Assembly (NCBI GenBank): GCA_963783305.1
Contig: CAWAMW010000007.1
Span: 78,220 to 142,219 of the forward strand
Direction: 5' to 3'
Origin: an uncultured Gemmatimonadales bacterium
Lineage (GTDB): Bacteria > Gemmatimonadota > Gemmatimonadetes > Longimicrobiales > RSA9
Length of the DNA: 64,000 nt
The position numbers and the translations under genes are program-made. The notes under the pieces are model-generated. The model had not been told where the DNA came from, did no database searches, and saw nothing but the letters and a program-made list of their open reading frames with translations. Positions within the stretch are counted from its first letter, which is position 1. Each line of letters starts with the position of its first letter. Shown here piece by piece: positions 16,075 through 24,735 of the stretch.

Positions 16075-18183
16075 TCAGGCAGGCTGGAGCGGCATCTCCT
16101 CCGTCGGCTCCGGAGCCTCCCCAGTCTCCGCGGGCGGTACCCCCCGCAGGATCGGGAACAGCTTCACGATCACCAAGTATCCCATGATCTCCCCCGCCAC
16201 CAGCCCGATCGTGACCGCCAGCTCGGGCAGCGCCGGTACGTACGACCACTCCGGCCCCGGGTTGAAGGCGAAGATATAGGTGGAGAAGCGGTAGAGCGCG
16301 CCCGCCAGGATCACCGCCGCGCCGATCCCCGCGAAGAACCGCGCCCCTGCCGTCTGCCGGAATCGGAGCAGGGCCAGCGCCGGGATCAGGAACAGCAGCA
16401 TCTCCAGCTGGAAGAGCAGGCTGTAGCCGTCGAAGGCGAACGCGGCCCCGAGCTGTCCGCGGTGGTAAATGTCCACCGTCCGCAGCACCACGTACGCCAG
16501 GAGGACGTAGGCGATGGGCCGCCCGAGCGCCCGCAGCATCGGCGTCTCCTGCGGTCGGCGGAACATCTTCGCCGACAGCGTCGCCTCCAGCGCCACCGCC
16601 GCGTACCCCATCCCCACCACGCTCACCAGGAAGAGGGCAGGGAGGAGGGGTGTGTGCCAGAGCGGGTGCAGCTTGTGTCCCGCGATCAGCATCAGGCTCC
16701 CCAACGACGACTGGTGCATCGTGGGAAGCAGCAGGCCGAGCGCGATGAAGTACGGCATCGCCTTCTCCAGCTTGGGCGACACGAACAGCGCCAGATTCCT
16801 CAGCCCGCTCGCGTCGCTCTCGCGCCACTTCTCCAGGAACGCCGGGGACAGCTCGATCCACAGCACCATCGTGTACAGCATGATGCAGAGCGCGATCTCA
16901 AGAAGGACCGAGTTGAAGTTCCAGTTCGGGAAGAAGAAGATGATCTTGTAGAAGTTCCAGAAGCGGCCCAGGTCGATGAGGACGCTCAATCCACCCAGCG
17001 TGTAGCCCAACGCGCTCGTGACGATGGCCGCCCGCACCAGCGGATGGTACTTCCCGCGATTCAGCAGATAGACCAGCAGCGCCACCGCGTAGCCGCCGCA
17101 CGCCAGCGCTGTCCCCGTCACCACGTCGAAGGCGATCCAGATCCCCATGGGATAGCCGTCGCTCAGGTTGGTCGCGGCCCCGAGCCCCGCGGTGAACCGC
17201 AGCCCGACCGACACCAGGCCGCCCATCGCCAGGACGAACAGGGCAGCAAACGGCCACGTGAACAGCACGCCGCCCACAGGCTCCGAGTGCTCCACCGCGT
17301 GATGCGCCGCCTCCTCCTCGTGCAGCTTCTTCGCGTTGCGGTTCACCACCGCGGCGAAAACGCCGAACAGCGCCAGCGGGGCGATGAAGCCCTTGTAGAG
17401 CGTATGCTGGATGTTCTCCGTCAGAGAGGGCGCCGCCGTTTCGCCCAGATCCGGCAGGCCCATCGCCTCGAACGGCAGCCCCGCCTGCGTCAGATACAGC
17501 ATCTGCGTCCCGCCAATGTCGTGCTCGCCGTACACCTTGGGGTTGTAGCGCTCCGGGGCGCGACGGATCCGACGGTGCGCCTCCGCCAGAATCTCCTCCC
17601 GTGTGCCGTACGTGAGCGCGCCCTCCGGACACGCCTCCACGCACGCCGGCTGCAGCCCCGCGGCGCGCCGCTCCGGGCACAACTCGCACTTGTGCAGCTC
17701 CGGCGCGGGCGTGTCCCATTCGAAACGAGGCACGTTGAACGGGCAGGCGATCTCGCAGTACCGGCACCCCACGCACAGGTCCCCGTCCCACGTCACCGCC
17801 CCATCCTCCCGCTTCTGCAGGGCGCCCAGCATGCACGCGCTCGCACACGCCGGGTCCACACAGTGCATGCACTGCTCCTTGCGCAGCACACGCTCCCCCC
17901 AGAAGTCGTACTTCCTGATCACCGTCAGCGACGTCGGGCTCAGCTCGTTCTGCGTACCGAATCGCTCACTGCCAAAGTTCGACGCCGCGCACCCCCGCAC
18001 GCACTCCTTGCATCCGACGCAGCGTGTTGAGTCATAGAGAATCGAAACGGCGTCGGGTGAAGCCGCCTTCGCCTCCCGGGCCATCGCCCGGGCAGGCAAG
18101 GCCGCTGTCGCTCCCGCCGCCGCCAGTGTCTGAAGTGCAGCTCTACGCGTGATGCCCATTGTGTCCCACCCCTTGCTCGTCAC
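16075..18183 (-). CDS. Fusion protein: Tat-exported 4Fe-4S ferredoxin (NrfC/PsrB/HybA-like, four Cys clusters) fused to an NrfD/PsrC-like polytopic quinone-interacting membrane subunit
   Basis: Twin-arginine signal (MGITRRAALQTLAAAGATAALPARA). Four CxxCxxC(xxx)CP-type clusters (CVGCKECVRGC, CMHCVDPACASAC, CVGCRYCEIACP, CELCPERRAAGLQPACVEACP). Then about 450 aa with 8 or more TM helices characteristic of the NrfD/PsrC family. Confidence 0.8.
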   Translation of the reverse strand: MTSKGWDTMGITRRAALQTLAAAGATAALPARAMAREAKAASPDAVSILYDSTRCVGCKECVRGCAASNFGSERFGTQNELSPTSLTVIRKYDFWGERVLRKEQCMHCVDPACASACMLGALQKREDGAVTWDGDLCVGCRYCEIACPFNVPRFEWDTPAPELHKCELCPERRAAGLQPACVEACPEGALTYGTREEILAEAHRRIRRAPERYNPKVYGEHDIGGTQMLYLTQAGLPFEAMGLPDLGETAAPSLTENIQHTLYKGFIAPLALFGVFAAVVNRNAKKLHEEEAAHHAVEHSEPVGGVLFTWPFAALFVLAMGGLVSVGLRFTAGLGAATNLSDGYPMGIWIAFDVVTGTALACGGYAVALLVYLLNRGKYHPLVRAAIVTSALGYTLGGLSVLIDLGRFWNFYKIIFFFPNWNFNSVLLEIALCIMLYTMVLWIELSPAFLEKWRESDASGLRNLALFVSPKLEKAMPYFIALGLLLPTMHQSSLGSLMLIAGHKLHPLWHTPLLPALFLVSVVGMGYAAVALEATLSAKMFRRPQETPMLRALGRPIAYVLLAYVVLRTVDIYHRGQLGAAFAFDGYSLLFQLEMLLFLIPALALLRFRQTAGARFFAGIGAAVILAGALYRFSTYIFAFNPGPEWSYVPALPELAVTIGLVAGEIMGYLVIVKLFPILRGVPPAETGEAPEPTEEMPLQPA

Positions 18184-18312
18184 CGACCGCGTTCGTCACG
18201 GCGGCCTGCGCCGCACGCCCACGGTCCTGCCGTTCCGGTTTCCGAGAACCGAGCTCTCGTCGCTCGGTCAGCCCCTTCCCGCGATCTCTCTCCTGATTCC
18301 GCTGTCCAGGGC

Positions 18313-18423
18313 TCAGGTGCCCGGGCGATGCCCGGTCTCATGGTGATGCTCATGCCGCCACGCCAGCAGGCGGTCCACTCCCAGCATCCCGAAGAGAATC
18401 AGTATGAAGACGAAGAATGCCAT
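18313..18423 (-). CDS. Candidate 36-aa small membrane peptide with His-rich tail (MAFFVFILILFGMLGVDRLLAWRHEHHHETGHRPGT)
   Basis: Strong RBS (GAGGAGGGAACC then ATG). One hydrophobic helix followed by HEHHHETGH. Lies 130 bp upstream of, and co-oriented with, the FeS-NrfD fusion gene. Too short for the ORF track; the call is my own. Confidence 0.4.
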   Translation of the reverse strand: MAFFVFILILFGMLGVDRLLAWRHEHHHETGHRPGT

Positions 18424-18430
18424 GGTTCCC

Positions 18431-18610
18431 TCCTCAGTGGCCTCTCCGGTCCCGTTCCGGTCCGGCAGGTGACTGCCTCGTCTGGCGATCCCGCTGCCCG
18501 TCGAGGCCGGCCCGGAGAGGCCTTTACTGTGGTATCGGGGACTACGATCTGCCGGACCGGATACCCGATTGACTTTTACCTACAACAATAATTAACCTGA
18601 TCAATCAAAA
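18431..18610 (-). promoter_or_regulatory. Candidate structured 5' leader: 11-bp perfect inverted repeat GGCCTCTCCGG...CCGGAGAGGCC enclosing about 60 nt, preceded by a 60-bp AT-rich island
   Basis: Read directly. The AT-rich island TTGACTTTTACCTACAACAATAATTAACCTGATCAATCAAAAAAGC is unique in this GC-rich window and promoter-like. The inverted repeat sits between it and the RBS of the mini-peptide on the minus strand, with additional nested complementarity (GGTATC/GATACC). Confidence 0.4.
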
Positions 18611-18809
18611 AAGCAAGAGGGGGGTCTGTGGGGAGGGAAGAAGGCGTCTCCTGGACCGCTCCGGCGACGGAAGAAGCGGGGGCAGGGGGAGGGCGGGCCT
18701 GGAGGACCGGGAGTGGGAGAGCGGGGGGTGGGGGAGGGGGCGCCGACGCAAGAAAATGGGCCGGACCCCCTCCAGGGAGCCCGGCCCGTGTGCGTGTTCG
18801 GAGCGTCGT

Positions 18810-19028
18810 TCAGGCGCTCCGCGCCAGATCCATAGATTCCGTGCGGCCGATCGCCGCCTGCAGGTCATCCATCACCGCGTAAAGGCCCACCAGCGCGCCT
18901 TCCTCCTCGCAGGGGAGGACATCCAGCTCATACAGGGCCTCTGTGAGGGCGTGACACAACTCCTCCCTCATCACATCGCAGCACCGGCAGCGGCCCGTCG
19001 GTTTCGCAGGTCCTGACCGCCGTCGCAT
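18810..19028 (-). CDS. Small Cys-rich hypothetical protein (72 aa; CRCC...C...C)
   Basis: ATG (MRRRSGPAKPTGRCRCCDVMREELCHALTEALYELDVLPCEEE...) preceded by GGGAGG at 6 nt. Divergently transcribed from the MarR gene. No known domain recognised. Confidence 0.45.
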   Translation of the reverse strand: MRRRSGPAKPTGRCRCCDVMREELCHALTEALYELDVLPCEEEGALVGLYAVMDDLQAAIGRTESMDLARSA

Positions 19029-19219
19029 CGTCGCCTCCCGTCGTGGGATTACTCCGTGCACGACCGGGCCCATAAACCCGGCCTTAGTCAATATTAAACC
19101 CCCGTTACAGAATCGCAAGTTTGGAAGAACAGGTATCGGGGGCTATATATTGTTGCGGCTAAGTATTGTCCGTCGGCCGCCCCCCGGGGCCGGCGAATTC
19201 CAGCGAACAGGTGGAGCGA

Positions 19220-19837
19220 ATGCGGGACGGAGAGCGGATCGGTCTGATCCAGCAGGTCATGGGAGCATCGCACGTCTTCTGCACGACGGTGAACGAGATG
19301 CTGGAGCGCTCGCTGGAGGAGGCGAGTGAGGATCGGCTCGTGCTGTCGCAGGTGAAGCTGCTCCTTCTGATCGGGCGGCCGCACCAGCGTTTCAAGGTAA
19401 CGGACGTGGCGGATTTCCTTGGCGTGACGAATGCGGCGGCGAGCCGGTCGATCGATCGGCTGGTGCAGCGCGGGCTCGTTGATCGGACGGTGTCGAAGGA
19501 GGACCGGAGAGCGGTGGACCTGACGTTGACGGAGGAGAGCGAGGCGCTGCTGGATCGGTTCGAGGAGGTGCGGAATCGTGAGCTGCTCCGGGTGATGGGG
19601 GACTACCCGCCGGAGAAGATGCTTGAGGCGGTGTCGCTTCTGGACGAGCTGACGGTGCGTCTGGCGGAGCTGGAGACGGAGTCGGAGAAGCGGTGCCTGC
19701 GGTGCGGTGTCCATTTCCGGGACGGCTGTGTCATGCGTGACGTGCTGGACCGGGAGTGCGTGGTGGCGCGGGACATGTACGGTCCGCGGGAGGGGGGCGA
19801 GTCCGAAGAGGATACGCGGGTGGCGGAGGCCTCCTGA
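19220..19837 (+). CDS. MarR-family transcriptional regulator with C-terminal Cys-rich extension
   Basis: ATG at 19220 with GGTGGAG RBS. Winged-helix MarR core. C-terminal tail CLRCGVHFRDGCVMRDVLDRECVV with 5 Cys. Confidence 0.8.
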   Translation: MRDGERIGLIQQVMGASHVFCTTVNEMLERSLEEASEDRLVLSQVKLLLLIGRPHQRFKVTDVADFLGVTNAAASRSIDRLVQRGLVDRTVSKEDRRAVDLTLTEESEALLDRFEEVRNRELLRVMGDYPPEKMLEAVSLLDELTVRLAELETESEKRCLRCGVHFRDGCVMRDVLDRECVVARDMYGPREGGESEEDTRVAEAS

Positions 19838-19929
19838 GGCGGACTGTCGAAGGGGAGGCGGACGCACCCGCTCCCCCTGCGAGTCGCTGGGCGATCCTCG
19901 CGCTCCTGAGTGGGGCGGAGCTTCTGGGG

Positions 19930-21087
19930 ATGTCGCTCTGGTTCACGGCGAGCGCGGTATCGCCGCAGCTCGGCGAGATGTGGGGCCTGAGCGCGGGCCA
20001 GGCCGGTTGGCTCACCACGGTGGTCCAGCTCGGGTTCGTCGCGGGCACCGCGGTGGCGGCCGTTCTGAACCTCGCTGACATCCTCCCCGAGCGCCCGTAT
20101 TTCGCGGCTTCCGCCGCGCTCGGCGCTCTCATGAACGCCGGGCTGATCGTCGCCACCGACTATCAGCACGCGCTCGTCCTCCGTTTCCTCACCGGCTTCT
20201 TCCTGGCCGGCGTGTATCCTCCCGCCATGAAGATGATTTCGACCTGGTTCCGGTCGTCGCGGGGACTGGCGATCGGAACGGTGGTGGGTGCGCTCACGGT
20301 AGGGAAGGCGGCGCCCTATCTCGTGAATGCGTTTGCCGAGGCGAGCATCGCCCTGGTGGTGGGGACGGCGTCGATCGGGGCGGTCGTGGCCGCGGCACTC
20401 GTCCTCGGTGGCTACCGGCCGGGCCCATTCGAGTTCCCGCGGCGGCCGTTCTCCTGGCGGCTGGTGGGGACCGTGCTGCGGCACGGGCCTACGCGGCTCG
20501 CCATTTACGGCTATCTGGGCCACCAGTGGGAGCTGTATGCCATGTGGACCCTCATTGCCCTCTTCTTCCACGACGCTTTTGCCGCCGCCGGACCGGCGGG
20601 GAGCCCGGCGGCGTTCGCGGGCGTCGCCGCGTTCGCGGTAATCGCCGCGGGTGGGGCCGGATCGGTGCTGGCCGGAGTCTGGGCGGATCGCCTGGGACGG
20701 GAGCGCGTCGCGATCTGGGCGATGGCCGTGAGCGGGGCGTGCTCCCTTGGTGTTGGCTGGCTGCTGGCGGCGCCGGTGTGGCTGCTGATCACGATCTGCC
20801 TCGTCTGGGGCTTCTCCATCGTGGCGGACTCGGCGCAGTTCAGCGCCATTGTGACCGAGGTGGCTCCGAACCACGCCGTGGGCACGGCCCTCACGCTGCA
20901 GACTTCACTCGGCTTCGCGCTGACCGCCGGGTCCATCTGGGTGGCGGTGGAGGTGTGGAGCCGCTGGGGGTGGGGGCCTGCGTTCAGCCTGCTGGCGATC
21001 GGACCGGCGTTCGGGATCGCGGCGATGATCCGGCTGAAACAGAGCCGTTCCGGTGCCGCTTCGAATCCTCGTACGATCCGTCGTTGA
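19930..21087 (+). CDS. MFS transporter
   Basis: 12 predicted TM segments with typical MFS loop motifs. I give the conservative ATG start at 19930. The true start may lie upstream (the ORF runs open to 19756, overlapping the MarR gene), because the first TM (WAILALLSGAELLGMSLWF) begins before this ATG. Confidence 0.75.
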   Translation: MSLWFTASAVSPQLGEMWGLSAGQAGWLTTVVQLGFVAGTAVAAVLNLADILPERPYFAASAALGALMNAGLIVATDYQHALVLRFLTGFFLAGVYPPAMKMISTWFRSSRGLAIGTVVGALTVGKAAPYLVNAFAEASIALVVGTASIGAVVAAALVLGGYRPGPFEFPRRPFSWRLVGTVLRHGPTRLAIYGYLGHQWELYAMWTLIALFFHDAFAAAGPAGSPAAFAGVAAFAVIAAGGAGSVLAGVWADRLGRERVAIWAMAVSGACSLGVGWLLAAPVWLLITICLVWGFSIVADSAQFSAIVTEVAPNHAVGTALTLQTSLGFALTAGSIWVAVEVWSRWGWGPAFSLLAIGPAFGIAAMIRLKQSRSGAASNPRTIRR

Positions 21088-21135
21088 CGAGCGTGCAATG
21101 CCTGCGGTCTGGGGTGCGGCCGAGGGCCCGAGTCG

Positions 21136-22359
21136 TCACGGGTCGAGTACGGTCTCGATCCGTACTCCCGCGCTCAGTGTTCGGTGCACGGGGCAGCGGT
21201 CGGCGATCTCCAGGAGCCGGGTTCGCTGCTCCTCGTCGAGCGGACCGACCAGGGTGATCTCCCGATCCAGGCGGTCCAGCCGGGCCTCGTCTGTCTCGCA
21301 CCGCTCCTCGTCCTCGGCGTGGACCTTCGAGTGCTTCATCCGGACGACGGCCTCCTCGAGCGGCCACTCTTTCCGGTCCGCGTACATTCGAAGCGTCATG
21401 GTCGTGCAGGCGCCCAGCGCCGCGGCCAGCAGGTCGTACGGAGTGGGGCCCAGGTCCTCACCGCCCACGGTCTTCGGCTCATCGGCGATCACGGAGTGGC
21501 CGCGGGCTAGAACCTCCGTCCGGAAGGCGCCCGCTGCGGTGCGCGCCACCACCCGGTTGTCCTTGCGGAGCTCTTCCACCGTTACCGGCGCGGGCGTATC
21601 CGGAAGGTATCTCCCGGCCCAGGCGGCGAGCACGGATCCCACGTAGAGGGAGTCGCCCTCCCGGAGCAGGAGGTGGTCGGCGTCGTCCAGCGAGACGAAG
21701 CTCTTGGGGTGCCGGGCTGCCTTGTAGATGAGCGCCGCGTTGTCGATGCCGACGGTGTCATCGACGGGCGAGTGGAAGATGAGGAGAGGTCGGCCGAGGG
21801 AGCCGATCACCTCTTCCATGTGACGGCCTTCCAGGTCGCGGACGAACTCGCGGCTCAGGGTGAAACGGCGGCCCGCCAGAGACACGTCCGCCTTCCCGCG
21901 CTCCTCGATCTCATCGAGGGCGTCGACGAACAGGTTCTTCACGTGCGCCGGATCGAACGGCGCCCCGATGGTGGCGATGGCCCGCACCGACGGCATGCGC
22001 GCTGCGGCCTGGAGGACGGCGGCGCCGCCCAGCGAATGGCCCACCAGGATGGCTGGTGCCTCGTACCGTCGCTGCATGAATTCGGCGGCCGCCACCAGGT
22101 CTTCGATGTTCGACGTGAAGTTGGTTTCGGAGAAGTCGCCGTCGCTCTCTCCCAGTCCGGTGAAGTCGAACCGCAAGACGGCGATCCCCCGCTGGGTCAG
22201 CGCCCGGCTGATGTTGACCACCGGCTTCAGATCCTTCGAGCAGGTGAAGCAGTGGGCGAACAGGGCGCACGCCCGGACGTCCCCATCCGGCGGGAGGCCG
22301 AGACGCGCGCTGAGGTCGACACCGTGAGCGCCGGGGAAGGTGATCCTCTCGTTTCTCAT
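21136..22359 (-). CDS. Bifunctional alpha/beta hydrolase - OsmC family fusion protein
   Basis: ATG (MRNERITFPG) with perfect GGAGG RBS. N-terminal alpha/beta hydrolase with the GHSLGG nucleophile elbow. C-terminal OsmC domain with its conserved Cys (LGACTTMT ... ADRCPVHRTL). Confidence 0.8.
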   Translation of the reverse strand: MRNERITFPGAHGVDLSARLGLPPDGDVRACALFAHCFTCSKDLKPVVNISRALTQRGIAVLRFDFTGLGESDGDFSETNFTSNIEDLVAAAEFMQRRYEAPAILVGHSLGGAAVLQAAARMPSVRAIATIGAPFDPAHVKNLFVDALDEIEERGKADVSLAGRRFTLSREFVRDLEGRHMEEVIGSLGRPLLIFHSPVDDTVGIDNAALIYKAARHPKSFVSLDDADHLLLREGDSLYVGSVLAAWAGRYLPDTPAPVTVEELRKDNRVVARTAAGAFRTEVLARGHSVIADEPKTVGGEDLGPTPYDLLAAALGACTTMTLRMYADRKEWPLEEAVVRMKHSKVHAEDEERCETDEARLDRLDREITLVGPLDEEQRTRLLEIADRCPVHRTLSAGVRIETVLDP

Positions 22360-22551
22360 GACTCGCCTCCGTGATCCTGAAGCCGCAAAAATAGACCCCT
22401 CACCGCCGTCTCCGGTCAACCTCGCAGGGCCCGTCGTATCACCGGTCACCGGGACCGCCGTCCGTCTCCTGCTCCGGGATCTTCTCGAACAGGCGGCGCC
22501 GGAGCGACGAGGGGCCCGGGAGCGCCCGGGCGACACTTCGATCCCGGGACC

Positions 22552-24450
22552 TCAGCCGGGGCGGGCGATCGGAAGCGTGAAGCGGAACGTGGCTCCGGCC
22601 CCCGGTTCACTCTCGACCTCGATCCGGCCCCCATGGGCCTCCACGATGGTCCGGGCGATCCAGAGACCCAGCCCGGCGCCGGAGCGCCGCCCGCCCTCCC
22701 CCTGCCAGTAGCGGTCGAAAACGTGCGGCAGATGAGCGGCGGAGATACCCGATCCGGTGTCCGCGACCCGGAACATGACCTCCCCGGTCAGCGCTTCGGC
22801 TTCCACGCGGATGGCGCCCCCGGCGGGCGTATGGGAGAGGGCGTTGGAGATTAGGTTGCTCAGGACCTGCTGGATACGCGCAGGGTCGGCCTGCACGGGG
22901 GTCTGGGGCGCACCCTCGTCCGCGAGCGCCACGGACTGAATGTCCGCCAGCGGCTTGAGTGCATCAATGGCCCTCCGGATCAGGGTGCGGGGCTCGCACG
23001 TCTTCGGGATGACCTTCAGACCATTTCGTCCTACGCGAGCGGCTTCCATCAGGTCCTCGACGAGCCGTTTCATCTGATCGATCGCGCGATGCATGACGTC
23101 GACCTGCGTCCGCTTCTGCTCCGCGGTGATGTCCTCCAGCAGGAGCGAGCTGGCCATGGCCAGGATGCTGAGCGGGTTGCGCAGGTCATGGCTTACGACC
23201 GCCAACATGTGGTCGTGCTGTTGGAGAGCCAGGCGCGCCTCCTCGTACGCCTCCTCGAGCCGCCGCTGCGCCTCTTTCCGCTCCCGCAGGTCGATGCCGA
23301 TCCCCACCCGCCGCTCGTCGGTGAGCTGGATGTTGGCCCAGCACGTCGCCACGAGGGACCCGTCCTTTGCCGTCATGTCGAGGTCGCGCCACCCCCCCTC
23401 CAGCGATTGCATGAACGAGCGGACCTCGGCCCGCTGCTCCGGGTCCGGGTAGCAGAGCTGCATCACGTCGTGCTCTCGGAGGTCGTCCTCGGTCCAGCCG
23501 AGGAGCCGCTCGAACTCGCGGTTCAAGCGGACGCTCTGAAGGGCCGGGTCGTACACCGAAACCATTACCGGGATGGCCTCGATGAGCCGCTCCAGCAGCT
23601 CCCGTTCACGCCCCAGCAAACCCTCCGTACGCTCCTGCTCTCTGACCGCCGCGCTCAGCCGCCGGATCCGCGCGCTTCGCTCCGCTTCCGCTTCCGCCAG
23701 TTCCGCTCGTGCCTCGTCCAGGAATCGGGCGTGGGTGGCCGAGAGGTCCAGCTTCGACGCGAGCAGGTCGAACGTCGCTCCCACGGAACGGAGCGGTTGA
23801 GCCCGCGCAGCGATCTCCGCAGGGGCCGCGGGACGGGTGCCAGGCTCCGCGGCCAGGGCGAGCTCGATACCGCGGGCGAGCGACAGCGCCCATCCCCAGG
23901 CGTGGACGTGCGCGTGCTCGTTGGGCACGGACAGATCCAGGACGCCCGCGACCTCGCCATCGCCGCCATGGACAGGCACGCCGATGCACGTCCACTCCAC
24001 GTAGCTGTCCTGGAAGTGCTCCGGGCCGATGAGGATCACCGCCTCCGCCTCCGCCAGGCACGTACCCACCCCGTTGCACCCAATGTGGCGCTCGTGCCAG
24101 GAAGCGCCCTCTACCAGATTGGTCCGTCGGAGCTCTTCCACGTCCAGCCCGGGGCCCGACAGCGCCCGCAGGATCACGCCCTCCCGGTCCGACAGCGCCA
24201 CCACGTGCGCCTGATCGGCGAGCGCTTCATGGACCTGGGCCAGAAAGGGTTCGGCCGCCCGCATGAGGCCGCGGTTCCTGTTCTGCCCCCGTTGGAGACG
24301 GCCCTCGTCGATCTCCTGCGTATGGGTCTCCCGTGGATCGACCCCGTACGCCCGGGAGCGGGCCCAGGAGCGAAGCACAAGCGGCCGTACCGAGTCCGGA
24401 ACGGCCTGTCCTGCGAGGTACGCTTCCCGCGCGGCCGCAAGGTCGGCCAT
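22552..24450 (-). CDS. Sensor histidine kinase with N-terminal GAF-like domain, PAS domain, HisKA and HATPase_c (soluble; no cognate regulator adjacent)
   Basis: Start at [15 protein letters not shown]-like N-terminus. PAS ([27 protein letters not shown]). H-box [10 protein letters not shown]1 and G2 boxes ([34 protein letters not shown]). Confidence 0.8.
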   Translation of the reverse strand: MADLAAAREAYLAGQAVPDSVRPLVLRSWARSRAYGVDPRETHTQEIDEGRLQRGQNRNRGLMRAAEPFLAQVHEALADQAHVVALSDREGVILRALSGPGLDVEELRRTNLVEGASWHERHIGCNGVGTCLAEAEAVILIGPEHFQDSYVEWTCIGVPVHGGDGEVAGVLDLSVPNEHAHVHAWGWALSLARGIELALAAEPGTRPAAPAEIAARAQPLRSVGATFDLLASKLDLSATHARFLDEARAELAEAEAERSARIRRLSAAVREQERTEGLLGRERELLERLIEAIPVMVSVYDPALQSVRLNREFERLLGWTEDDLREHDVMQLCYPDPEQRAEVRSFMQSLEGGWRDLDMTAKDGSLVATCWANIQLTDERRVGIGIDLRERKEAQRRLEEAYEEARLALQQHDHMLAVVSHDLRNPLSILAMASSLLLEDITAEQKRTQVDVMHRAIDQMKRLVEDLMEAARVGRNGLKVIPKTCEPRTLIRRAIDALKPLADIQSVALADEGAPQTPVQADPARIQQVLSNLISNALSHTPAGGAIRVEAEALTGEVMFRVADTGSGISAAHLPHVFDRYWQGEGGRRSGAGLGLWIARTIVEAHGGRIEVESEPGAGATFRFTLPIARPG

Positions 24451-24735
24451 CGGCCGGGTCGGGACGCGTTGGGTGGGATCTCCTGGCACGTGCGAACCGC
24501 CTGAAAACGCGTGGTCGAGACCACTGCTCGAGCGACGACTAAGGATAGCCAAGGTGTGCCCGGCTGCGTCCAACGGCAAGCAGTACGCTACCGACCGAGC
24601 CCTGCCGGCTTTCACCGCCACGACCCGCAGCCCGCCCCGGGTGATGTACGTTCTATGAACGCTTCACCACCCCCGGCTCGTACAGGCGGAGCCGTGCGTG
24701 GGGGAGGCGTACCGGCATTGCCTATCGCGCGCCGG

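Noticed and set aside
18560-18590. FNR/CRP-type site (TTGAT...ATCAA) in the AT-rich island upstream of the respiratory-like operon
   Set aside because: The half-sites TTGAT/ATCA are separated by 1-2 bp rather than the required 4. Kept only as a generic AT-rich promoter-like island.
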